NCBI GenBank assembly: GCA_964057225.1
Contig: OZ059895.1
Coordinates: 18,724,001 to 18,788,000 of the forward strand
Direction of reading: 5' to 3'
From: Auanema rhodensis
Taxonomy: Eukaryota > Animalia > Nematoda
DNA: 64,000 nt
Part shown: positions 1 through 12,366 of the stretch, in pieces
Layout: every line of letters begins with the position of its first letter
Numbering within the stretch: position 1 is the stretch's first letter
Made by a program: the position numbers and the translations under genes
The notes under the pieces: generated by a model
Told to the model about the DNA's origin: nothing
Database searches by the model: none
The model's input: only the letters and a program-made list of their open reading frames with translations

Positions 1-1830
1 AGAAGATTTGTTCACAAAAAAGTTCAGGCTCTATTCACGTTGTGCCCGGTGAATGTCCCTTTTTCTCTAAGATCATCAACTATATTCAAATAAAAATATT
101 CTGAGGATAGGTATTCAGATGTGAAGAATCTTAATTTCCTAGTGAGATTTAGCTGGGACTTCTCCTCATTCCGGAAAACAGGTTTATATCCAGCCCATCC
201 AGAAGATTTGTTCACAAAAAAGTTCAGGCTCTATTCACGTTGTGCCCGGTGAATGTCCCTTTTTCTCTAAGATGATCAACTATATTCAAATAAAAATATT
301 CTGAGGATAGGTATTCAGATGTGAAGAATCTTAATTTCCTAGTGAGATTTAGCTGGGACTTCTCCTCATTCCGGAAAACAGGTTTATATCGAGCCCATCC
401 AGAAGATTTGTTCACAAAAAAGTTCAGGCTCTATTCACGTTGTGCCCGGTGAATGTCCCTTTTTCTCTAAGATCATCAACTATATTCAAATAAAAATATT
501 CTGAGGATAGGTATTCAGATGTGAAGAATCTTAATTTCCTAGTAAGATTTAGCTGGGACTTCTCCTCATTCCGGAAAACAGGTTTATATCGAGCCCATCC
601 AGAAGATTTGTTCACAAAAAAGTTCAGGCTCTATTCACGTTGTGCCCGGTGAATGTCCCTTTTTCTCTAAGATCATCAACTATATTCAAATAAAAATATT
701 GTGAGGATAGGTATTCAGATGTGAAGAATCTTAATTTCCTAGTAAGATTTAGCTGGGACTTCTCCTCATTCCGGAAAACAGGTTTATATCGAGCCCATCC
801 AGAAGATTTGTTCACAAAAAAGTTCAGGCTCTATTCACGTTGTGCCCGGTGAATGTCCCTTTTTCTCTAAGATCATCAACTATATTCAAATAAAAATATT
901 GTGAGGATAGGTATTCAGATGTGAAGAATCTTAATTTCCTAGTAAGATTTAGCTGGGACTTCTCCTCATTCCGGAAAACAGGTTTATATCCAGCCCATCC
1001 AGAAGATTTGTTCACAAAAAGGTTCAGGCTCTATTCACGTTGTGCCCGGTGAATGTCCCTTTTTCTCTAAGATGATCAACTATATTCAAATAAAAATATT
1101 GTGAGGATAGGTATTCAGATGTGAAGAATCTTAATTTCCTAGTAAGATTTAGCTGGGACTTCTCCTCATTCCGGAAAACAGGTTTATATCCAGCCCATCC
1201 GGAAGATTTGTTCACAAAAAGGTTCAGGCTCTATTCACGTTGTGCCCGGTGAATGTCCCTTTTTCTCTAAGATGATCAACTATATTCAAATAAAAATATT
1301 CTGAGGATAGGTATTCAGATGTGAAGAATCTTAATTTCCTAGTGAGATTTAGCTGGGACTTCTCCTCATTCCGGAAAACAGGTTTATATCCAGCCCATCC
1401 GGAAGATTTGTTCACAAAAAGGTTCAGGCTCTATTCACGTTGTGCCCGGTGAATGTCCCTTTTTCTCTAAGATGATCAACTATATTCAAATAAAAATATT
1501 CTGAGGATAGGTATTCAGATGTGAAGAATCTTAATTTCCTAGTGAGATTTAGCTGGGACTTCTCCTCATTCCGGAAAACAGGTTTATATCGAGCCCATCC
1601 AGAAGATTTGTTCACAAAAAAGTTCAGGCTCTATTCACGTTGTGCCCGGTGAATGTCCCTTTTTCTCTAAGATCATCAACTATATTCAAATAAAAATATT
1701 CTGAGGATAGGTATTCAGATGTGAAGAATCTTAATTTCCTAGTGAGATTTAGCTGGGACTTCTCCTCATTCCGGAAAACAGGTTTATATCCAGCCCATCC
1801 AGAAGATTTGTTCACAAAAAAGTTCAGGCT
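1..1830. repeat. Tandem satellite array, 200-bp unit; 9 full copies plus 30 bp, truncated by the window start
   Basis: AGAAGATTTGTTCAC... recurs at 1, 201, 401 ... 1801 with no indels. Only six biallelic positions (unit positions 1, 21, 74, 101, 144, 191). Ends abruptly after ...AGTTCAGGCT at 1830. Confidence 0.99.
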
Positions 1831-2141
1831 GTAGTCAGTGAGTAACCGATGATTATATTATCCTTGAATTAGTGTTGTACTCGATCCTTGAATCCATTCT
1901 TTCAAACAAGTCAAAGTGAATTTGTTGAAAAGGGCTGATTCTAAACATGCACATATGTCGTCAGTAGAAATCTCAGCTGTTTGAATCTCATGTTATTCAT
2001 ATTATTTGAACTTAAGATTAAGTAAGGTTGATGTGTATATCTATGTAAGAAATAACAGAGTCAATATCATTCCTTTATACTATGTTGATTATCTTTTTTT
2101 TACAAATAACAATGTAAAGCCTTGTAAATTGATCCTTAATA

Positions 2142-4689
2142 TTAATATAATGAGCAGAAACCAGCAGTTTCATGCCCATGAATTGAGACATTTTTGAAGG
2201 CGCCACAGCAATTGATGGCCCCAGATTGCATATCATTGTAGCCTACTCCATGATTCCACCATGCTACATAGCAAGGAACTGCCAACTCATTGGATGTAAG
2301 GAACTGTAAGAAAATGATTTATGACATTCAACATATCAGGAGAGCAGAATCCTACCGTGGAGACGGCAGCAATTGTTCCGGCAATACCACCAATAGTGCC
2401 GAACGCTGAAAACGATAAGTTTAGTTTAATATTTCAAAGATTGGAAAATCTTGTGATCTTTAAAATAAAAAAATTAAGTCTGATCGGAAATAGAAACCTG
2501 TTTTCGTATTTCGATCAGAAGAAAGTTTAAAAAAGTGTTTTAGTGCTCGATTTGAATTCACATTATTCTGTGATCTCATGTAAGAAAATATAAAAATCTG
2601 TATATATATATTTAACAAAAATTACAAAAAGTTTAAATGTATTAAACGATATGAAAAGAAAAAAAGGATAATGATATACTTACCCAGTGTAATTGCTACT
2701 AAAATCAGCTCCGTTGTGGAAGTAAATTTCCATACACTAAAATATAATTTAAGATAAACTTGATTAAGCATTAACATACTCTTTATATGTTGCTCGAGGA
2801 CTTTTATCGTTTGAGCCATCACGTTGAGCTGTTTGTAACTTATTTTGGTAAGCTTTAAGATAAAGATAGAAGATACTAGGTAAGACCATACACATCAAAG
2901 ATAATGTTGTTGCTCCAACCTAATTATTTGAATATTATATGAATAGTTTTCGATATATTAGTACCAAATCCATGAAAACTCCAAAATCTGGTATAGATAA
3001 AGCTGTTAAGAGGACGCATATGAGTAGACCAAATCGTACAAAAAGTCTTTGAAGTGAAAAATCTGAAAGAGATTGAATTGTTTATTAGGAAGTGATGAAG
3101 TTGAAGATATAATACCATGTGGAGTATTAGTCCATTCTTCAACTTGTTGAGCTAATGGAGAAAATATAATAGTGATTGTAGGCAAAATATGAAGAGTTAT
3201 AAGCATATTAGCTGTTTGAGACATCCATGTAGTCTTAATATGATTTATAATTTAAAAAATTATATGATATAGGCTTACTTGAAGTGATGGTATCATTGTA
3301 TCTCTCATACTATTTCCATAAGTTATATATCCCATAATAGATACAGCAAGATATATAATAACAATAACTATAATATTCTATTAATTATATTAATATAATC
3401 ATGTAACTTACAAACAAAACTAATTTTAAGAGATCGAGTAAAATTATATGGTTTACGCATATCATGTTGAATAGATGGAAAAACACAATGACCACCTGAA
3501 ATTGGAATGAAATGTGATTGGGTTCATTATCAAGCTTTACCGTAAGCAAATACAATAGTTCCATATCCTAAGAACAGCTTATTGATATTAAAATCATTAT
3601 GATCAACAACTGGAGAACAAGTTGGACTATCGCGGAAGCTACCCCAAATCAGAATACATCCAGCCGTGATGCTTGAGCCGGCAGCGAAAAATGCTGCAAG
3701 CCTATAAGCGAAAAATGATTTTTGACTGGAACAGTTGAAAATATTTACCAGAAATCTTTAGGACTGCGTAACATACAGAATGGAGCCAAAATAAAAGATA
3801 ATAATAGCAAGATGATGCAAAAACTCAAATGAATATCAAAAGTTGCCAATAAGAAATTGGAGATATTCTTAGCAGCAAGCAAAGATACAACAGTAACTAA
3901 TCCAAACTGTGTTATACATACAAAAAGAGAAACAAATAATCTAAAAAAATTAAAAATAATAATAATATATGTTGAAATAGGAAGAACATACCTTGCTGTT
4001 GGGCCTAAAGCTCGATAAGCAATTTCTGGATATGGACGTCTACAATGTTGCTGATATTCTGGCCATTGAACCTATAATAATTATAAATTACTATATATAT
4101 ATATTAGTTAAACGATGATAATTTATGTTATATTTTTAAACACAACCGGTATATGCACAAAATAATTTGAAAATGAAAATTGAGTTGAATATAGAAATGC
4201 ATCATACAATAAAGCTAAGCACAATTGATGTAACTAATATGATTATATAGTTAAATAATAATAATAATAATAAGATAATCAATATATATTATATATAATT
4301 GAATGATTTATAAATTGTTTTGATTTTATTTAATGAAATTAATCTTGTTTTTTGATGTCTTTTTGTTCTTATTTCAATGATTAAAAAGGTCACCTGCATG
4401 ATTATCCAAGATTCAGCTAAATGAGTTGCTGTTATACATGAGAATACAGCTGTCAAGAAAATCAAAATAACACCCATGGTTAATCCTAAATAATAATTTT
4501 CATTTTATAATAATTGTTTTAAGCATTAAGTATTATGGAAATAAGTTGTAAACCTGTATTTTCAATTGCTACTGGTAGAGCTATCAATCCAGCTCCAAGC
4601 ATATCACCAACGATGAATACGGTAGCAATCATCCAATGCATTCCGTGATCATTCCGATGGTTTTCTACATTTTCGATAGGAATTTGCAT
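2142..4689 (-). CDS. Amino acid transporter, Aa_trans (SLC32/36/38-like) family, multi-exon
   Basis: Spliced translation MQIPIENVENHRNDHGMHWMIATVFIVGDMLGAGLIALPVAIENTG ... QWPEYQQHCRRPYPEIAYRALG ... FAYGGHCVFPSIQHDMRKP ... PCYVAWW...NCCGAFKNVS...FCSLY*. GT-AG introns; stop at 2142-2144. An extra 5' exon cannot be excluded. Confidence 0.9.
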
Positions 4690-6424
4690 AGCCTTTAAGA
4701 AAAATCATTAAGAGATGTTACAAAGATCAAGAGAGCAGAATGAGTAAAGTAATGATTATAGTGAACGATCATAGCATAGAAGATTCAGAAGAGCTGGACG
4801 GAAGGACCAAAGCCGCTGTTTAAATAGGCTGTTTGATCTTACAGTCACATTTAGATCTTGGCCACATGACGGTAGACTGATAGCTACCAATCATTGTTTT
4901 GATATTTATTCTGAAAATGACGACACATCACAGTGGAAGACTAGCGTGAGACGTCAAAGGTTTTTGGACAAACTTGGCCAAGACTCTCGGATGAATTACG
5001 TGGACGTGAAATGAACTAGATAGCATCATGAACGACAAAAAACAAGATTTTTCCGTCACGATCAAGCTGTATAGAGAGAGAGAACGAGAGACAGAAAGAT
5101 CAGTTGATGTCGAGAGGAGTAAACTGGAGGAAACAATGGTTTGATCATTACAGGTGCAATACACATACACACACACACATATATACTTTTACTTCATTGA
5201 TAGATCATAAGCTTTTTCTCATTTTTTTTTCGAACAATGATGAATAGTCTAGATATGAAGTAGTTAGAGTAGATGTTAGAAAAGAAAATAATAGAAATCA
5301 CAAGAAGATTTTATGATAAATGAACATGTGTGAAACTTGATTAACCAAACTTTATAGATAGTTTGATACTATCACTTATATAGATCATAAGATTCACTGC
5401 CATTTTTTCATTACAAAAGAAATGTTGAAGAACAAAAAAGAAAAAGAAAGGAAATGAAATATTAGAAAAGAGGAAATTCTAACTAGAAGATTTATCTCTT
5501 TGTCGATTTTACTTACTTAATTCTAATCATCAAGAAGGAAAGCAAATTATTTTATTCAAAATTCCTGGCTATTTTTTGTTTTTTCAAATATTACAAATTC
5601 AGCTTAAAAGTCAATTTATTATATATCAAGCTATAAAGGTTGTATCTTCTTCTTGAATTCATCCCAGACAATTCTGATAGCAGCTTTGTGACATGTAGCC
5701 TTCAGCGCAAGGTTAGACCACATGTGTTTTGAAAGCAAGCCGACCTGATAAACGAAATAGGAAGAAAGATATAGATTTTCGATGATTCATAACCTTTTCA
5801 ATGTTTCCTTTAATTATATAATAATAAAAGAAATTCTAATAGAAATATTTAATTAATTAATTCAAATTATACTTTACAAGTGAAATGGCAACATGAAAAT
5901 TTAAAAATTTCGTGATTTTGTATGAAGAACAAGAACAACAATGATTACGCACAAGCTACTTTCTCTTTTAAAAATGATTTTTATGGCCTTTTTAATGATT
6001 TTATTAGCATTACAAACTTGGTTTCAACCTTTTTTTATATAAAAAAGTGCATGTTTAATGTTATCTTCGAGAAAACAAAAAACAATATTAGATAGAAGTT
6101 ACAGATATGAGCAAACATCTCAGTTTTTTTTTGATTTTCACTTCGTAGAAAGATCATTTCCTAGAAATAACTTTATAACTTTGAATTAAGTTCAGTCATA
6201 GATGCTTAATCGGATTCTCTTTTTTTTCTCGTTTGAATCACAAATTTCAAAACAGGTTTATCATCCTTGATTTGTTAGATGGATTTATTCTAAATAAACT
6301 CAAATCAAATTCTCTCCATAACTTTCATATTGTTTATAGTATTTCATTGTCTATTATACCTTTCTCTAGTACTTTCGTCTATTATTTTCTATCAAATACC
6401 AACAAATCATTTTTTCATTCAAAA

Positions 6425-6748
6425 ATGAAAATTATTTTAATTTTTCTATTTATATTCGTTAATTTATGTAATTCACAAGTTATATTAGCTAATTATTTCT
6501 GTGGAGGTGATGGCTTTTCAAGATTAATGTCATTTCTTACAACATCAGTTTGTGAGCAACAAGGCAGTAAGTTCTAAATAATTTTCTGTTTTGTCTGAGA
6601 AATAAGAAAGAAATAGCCTGGAATGTTATACGTTATTCTATCTATCTAGCTATGTGTTTAGTCAATGTTAAAGATAGAATATAAACTATGGTTAGGTTTA
6701 ATAAATGTTTTTTTTTCTCTTTTAAAGTGATGAAACATCTAGACATAG

Positions 6749-6796
<48 letters not shown>

Positions 6797-7247
6797 AATA
6801 AGAGAGAAGAGAGAAAAAAAGATATGGGAACATGTTCTTTTATGGTTTATTACAACTATCTATATTATTTTCAAAGTTCATTTTCAAGTTATATAGATCG
6901 ATATCTTATTACAAAAGTCAAAGAATAATACAGTATATTTTAAAAATTTATGAAAAATTTTCATTTAAAATTTTGAAATTTACCTAAAACTTGTCATTTT
7001 CTTAATAATTTCAGTTAATTTATGCTGTCAAGAACATGATTTATGCTATACAAGTTGTGAATATCCACAAATGATGTGTGACAATGCATTCTGTGAATGC
7101 TTGGATTCTCTTCCAGCTAGTTTATACTGTAGAAATATAGTTCATGCTTCTCATTGTTCACTTGTTCATTGGTTTGCGAAATCATTTAGTTGTCCTATAA
7201 TGCCGTTATTACCCAATCCTGATATCATGCCGATGATCAGAATCTGA
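6425..7247 (+). CDS. Secreted phospholipase A2-like protein (exons 6425-6566 and 7015-7247)
   Basis: Signal peptide MKIILIFLFIFVNLCNS, YFCGGDG Ca-loop-like motif, catalytic CCQEHDLCY and downstream CDNAFCECL. The phase-1 GT-AG intron joins in frame. Confidence 0.88.
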
Positions 7248-7369
7248 ATTTTTCTTTTTCTTCTTCTTTTTTTTTATATTTTATTATCATTTATGGGTAT
7301 TAAATTAAACCATAAAACAAATAATTTATTACATTTATAACTTTTAAATAAAAAAATTTAATTTTTTAA

Positions 7370-10300
7370 TTAATTTTTTATAATATTGAAAGGTAGTTCA
7401 ATGTAACATTCATGAATATTTATTAAATCTTGCCACGGTTGACAGAATGCGCAGTTACATGGATGATAAATACTTCGACCTGTAACATCAATAAAAACTT
7501 AGGCTCTGATGATTCAGAATAAAAATTAAATTTTAAAATAAACCTTTTCGATGTAAATAATCATTAAAAATGTTGGTTGCAATGCTTTTATATCGAAATC
7601 GTCCAATCTGTGTCCGAATCGACACTTTCAGACTCCTGTAATGAAGTAGAATATGCTTGAGTACAAAAAGTTCTTATCACTCTCTCATATTTCTCTCTCT
7701 CTCTCTGCCTCTCTCTCTCTCTCTCTCTATGTTTTTCTAATACAATGGATTGAGACTGATATACTAAAAGAGAAACCTTAGATGGAGATCGTTGATGTTT
7801 TGACTTTTTATATCTGCTGTCCAATTCAGAAATGTTTCCGATGTCGTGGCTGAGATTTCGTGCCGATGTCTGCTGTCGACGGTTAGTAAGCGTCGTTTGT
7901 TGAAGTAATACTTCCTAAAATAGATAATCAATACTATATAAACATAGTATGTATCTGAATCAAACATTTGAAGACATATGGGTGTCTGATAAAGAGTTTT
8001 GGGCAGAATTGCGGGCCATTTGATTGTGTGGAGGCACACTGTGAGATGTCCTAATCCGCGTTCTCTGTCGGTTAGATGGAATACTATTTGAAGACTGACC
8101 AGCAAGCGATAACATGCTGGATTCAAATCGATACGGGACTAAAATCAAATGTTTGGCTTCAATTCATTTAAATAGTTTTCAGAATAATTCTGAATGAGAT
8201 GCGTGGGCACAACACAAAAGCACCCACCTACCGCCTTGGCTTCAATAGGATACCACGACGGTCGTGAGCATTCCCAATCATATCTACTCAAATGGATTAT
8301 TGTCTGAGAAGTAATTAATTTCATTTATATAACTAGATATACATCTTTTACTTCTCCAATTGGAGCATTATGTCCTAAAGCATCTCGATGCCAGACACCA
8401 ATTAGAAGTCGTCGACTTCTCAAAGTATTTCTATTCACATTGGGTACCTAGAATAGTGAGAATAATAATAAAATAATATAAAATATTATTTATATATATT
8501 TATATAATAAAATTTGATAGAAAGAACCTTTATTATTTCATTAAATTCCGGATCAATAGACGATTTTCGAGCTGTTGTTTTATATTTGACCGACATATCT
8601 GTTGAATATTCTCCAAGTACAAAAATCTAAAAAAAGGATTAAAAAAACAGAATATATTTATCAATAAAATAAAGAGAAAGAGAAAAAGAGAGAGAGAGAG
8701 AGAGAGAGAAAAAAAAAGAAAAAATTACTTTAATATAAGGATTTGGTCGATGTTGTCCATAATGAGGTAGTGAACGACATTGATATATATGAATATTTAA
8801 ACATGATATCGATGAATTATATGATATATGTAATTGTATTTCTCCCAGAAATCTTGGTGTGTTATCGATTTGTGACTGTAATATTCAGAAGTTATACATA
8901 AATTTGAAAAGAAAATCAAATTTTCTTTTTATTTATTTCTTTTTTTTTTAAATAGAAAACTCTGGAGCTATTATCCATTCAGAACTGGTTTTACTCTTAT
9001 CGAATGGAAACAAAAATGTTCTTATAAACTACTTACAGCAGCATCTACTGAAGATGTGTAGGTTTCACGACTAATTGATTTGTATATTTGACGTTTTGGA
9101 CAGGGAATATCTTCTGAGCATGAGTAAACTTGACTAATGTGACTGGGAGATGTATTGGTTGTGTGATCGATGCTATTATTGCGATTGTTGTTCAGCTGAT
9201 CCATACAGTCCAATGTTGTCTGCAAAACTGATATCGTATTGATGATTGATAAAAGCTGATGTATTGAGCCTATTTCAGCTATTCATTAAACGCTTTAGTT
9301 GGAATTATGAGCCTATTTTCATGAACATTATCGTTGAAGATGTTGAAGAAAAATATGAGTTTTTGAGAAGATTTGTCAACTTGAGATTTGTGGATTTGTC
9401 AGAAAATCTTTAAGCCTTTCAGATTAAAGCAGCTTGCTTATACATATATGATGAGTTTATGAGTTCTTATTCTAAGCTCATCTATTCAAAGCTATATTGC
9501 ATATGTCTGAGAGTACTTTGACGCATATAACAGCATATTAGAAAGCATATGATTGATGATTATGTTGAGTAAACTAGATAAATAGTATTATGATTACCTG
9601 AGATATGCTTCGTTTAGAGTCACATGTTTTGACACGATGCCAATCTTCGAATGGATCCTAAATAAAGTTGTTTATTTATTTAATTATTATTATTATTATA
9701 ATTGAGTAATCATTTATTGTTATTTAATTTATAAATTATACCTCTTCTACAGGGGATGGAACATACGAAGTAATTGCTTGTATATGATCTGTAATAATGA
9801 TAATAATATTATTATATCTTTTATTATAAATAATAAAAGAAAATAATAATATTTATTTTTATTCGCACAACGGTTCTCAACCAAATCTTTGTCTTAAATG
9901 GATGCGTCACATTCGAATGACGTCATGACGTCATATGTTCACGTGAAATGACGTGAATATTTTGCATTTCAGATTTCATTTTTAAATATTTGAGAGATGA
10001 AAGATAACGAAATAAACAAACGTTTTTCAACCTGACGCTGAAGCTGTGGTCGAGGCTGGGCAATTGGTCGTAGATACTGCCGACTCAAAGGATCGCTGAT
10101 GAAACAAAAAGTTAGTTGATGTAAGCTAAGCTACAAACATCAATAACATAAGGTTGAAGCTTTAGTGATCATGCAAGCAAAGATAATAGTCCAAACTATT
10201 TTTAATTTTATATTGTAAACAAAGAACTTGTAAACAAATACATTGTTGCATAACCATAAATGGTTAAACATGAAAAGAAAAGAAAAAACAGTTTTGATGT

Positions 10301-12366
10301 TAAAGTACAGTTGAGAATTATCTGGAACATGATGATGCAATGTTTAAGAGTTGTTATTATTGTATAAGCAGAAGAAACACGGCGAATAAGAAGACACGAT
10401 TAAGCAAAAGCCATTCGAACACATAATATGAAGAGGAAGAAACCAGATAACAGATAGAATATATTAAATATATTTGAATTATTAAAGAGAAAGGAAAAGT
10501 CGATTTTATGTGGAAAGTCAAGAAGATATACGACTATTATAACTAAAAAATTATATAATAAACATATATATAGTTAATTAAACATATATTATTAACTATT
10601 TATTTGTTTATTATAGACTAGAATATAAGCAAAAGAAGATTGCAGCCAATGAAAAACAAAAAACTGAACTTAGTCATGAAATATGGGTGGAGGGGATGTT
10701 AATTGTTGTCAACAGAAGATGGAAACTTAAAAGAAGCTGAAGATATGAAAGCTTTGTTAAAGCAGCATTAACACATAGATAAGCTGAATGTCGGAACGGG
10801 TACTTCGCTCTGTCGCCGTTGGCCTGGATACCTTTTGCTTGTGAAGACGTGTCGACGTCGCTGTTCTGGCAATGGAGATTGTGATGTGCTGGTAGGAGTT
10901 GGAGGAACAATCTAAAAGTATTTAAGATGACTTTTTGATAAAACATATGATATGGTAAGTTAGTTAAAGCTTGAAAGGCAATTATGCACCTCAGTAGCAG
11001 GAAGTGGAGATGCTGAAGGGGAAACGAAATTGCGTGTAAAAGAAGCGGATGAAGAAGAACGTGGTGCAGGACTGCCGATAATTTCTCTGAAATACAATAG
11101 TATTATAATTATAATATTATAGTATATAATACCTTGGATGCATCTCTGGTAACAATGAATTAGCTGAATGGGGTGGTGATGAGGCAATAGATGCCAAGCC
11201 TGTTGAGCCTGGACGAGGTGACGGACTTCGTGGTGAAGGACTTCCACCCCAAAAGCGTCGTGTGATGTCACCTCTTAGTTGACGACCAATAGCCTTAATT
11301 CAACAGTTTTTTAATAATAATTCTTTGAAAATATATAAATACCTCATCTTCCGATGGTACTGATAGAGTGGCCATGGTTTCCAAGCTAGGCAGTGTCATG
11401 TTTCGACGTGAGATTGGTGGAGCATGATCTAAATTGGTTAAATATAGAAAAATCTTATACTATATCATATTGTAGTATATTATAGTATATTATAAAATAA
11501 TTTAAAAAATTTACGTGAATTGCGTAGAGGAACAACAGGCTTAGCGGACTGACTGCGTTCGCGATTTGCTCGTTTAAGCTGCAGCAGAATGCTTTCGGAG
11601 ACATCATCTCCGGTATTTTCAATCCATTCACGCGAAGCTGCTAGCAATTCTCTTAATGACAGGTAGTTGATAATGGTTGTAACTCAACAATCTCTCTTAT
11701 ACCTTTCCTTATAGCATAGTGAGCAGTATATGATTTTCTTTGAATCTGATGGAATTACTCGACAGCTATCACATACTAACTGCTGACATTTTCTAGACAT
11801 TTTTCAATAAAAAATAAGAAATTGATAACAAAATATAATTTATAAAAAGCTAATCCTATACTATATGTATATACTTTAAAACATACTTGCATTTAGATCC
11901 AGAATTCAAAATAAATCCAAGCTTTGTTGAGCAACGAGCACATGAGCGAGATGGAGATGATGGACTAAATAATTTTCAATTTTTTTTCAGAAAAAAAAAG
12001 AAAAAAGATTAGAAAATCAAATTTTTTTTATATGAAATATTTTAATTTTCAAATAATATACCTTGCTGAACTAGAAATATTACTAGATGTTATACTATCT
12101 TGTGATTCACTTGTACTGATGCTGTAAACACTGCCTTGAGCATTAGTTAATCCTGATTTCTCCATATCCAAGTCTGTTCGCAATTTTCTAAAATTAAATT
12201 TATAGCTTTTAATAAAAATATTGAACTTTACGTACTGTAATCGTTCTTTTTCTCGTCGCTGAAATTCTAAATCTCGTTCAAGAACAGGACGAATCTGTCT
12301 CTGCTCTTCAAGTGATAGTCCTTTCAGAATTTCCACGAGATCAGGCTCGTCGGGTAAGTTTGTCAT
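7370..12366 (-). CDS. Synaptotagmin-like (Slp/exophilin-type) Rab effector: Rab-binding SHD/zinc finger, linker, two C2 domains
   Basis: N-term LSLEEQRQIRPVLERDLEFQRREKERLQKL plus CARC..KC..CQQLVCDSC..YCSLC..ASREW. C2A GEIQLHISYN...PNPYIK...IDPEFNE...GVWHRDALGHNAPIGE...YDWE..PSWYPI. Degenerate C2B ending WQDLINIHECYIELPF; stop 7370-7372. Confidence 0.85.
9903..9955. promoter_or_regulatory. Intronic cluster of CRE/ATF and E-box motifs
   Basis: TGCGTCA (9903), two abutting TGACGTCA (9918-9933), TCACGTGA (9939-9946) and TGACGTG (9949-9955) within 53 bp of AT-rich intron. Function is inferred. Confidence 0.45.

Noticed and set aside
55-160. Hammerhead (CTGAGGA) or HDV-like (GTCCCAGC...GGGAC) ribozyme in the satellite
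   Set aside because: No GAAA follows a stem II, and three copies carry GTGAGGA. The HDV-like reading lacks the catalytic C and the P1/P3 pairing.
1-200. 5S rRNA, SL1/SL2, U6 or telomeric TTAGGC identity for the unit
   Set aside because: Only chance matches of a few bases; no leader sequence, Sm site or telomere run.
24-1815. Nine 63-aa minus-strand ORFs (MNKSSGW...)
   Set aside because: They start at GTG, have no in-frame ATG or recognisable domain, and simply repeat with the satellite unit.
1-1830. CRISPR array
   Set aside because: No unique spacers, eukaryotic context and no cas genes.
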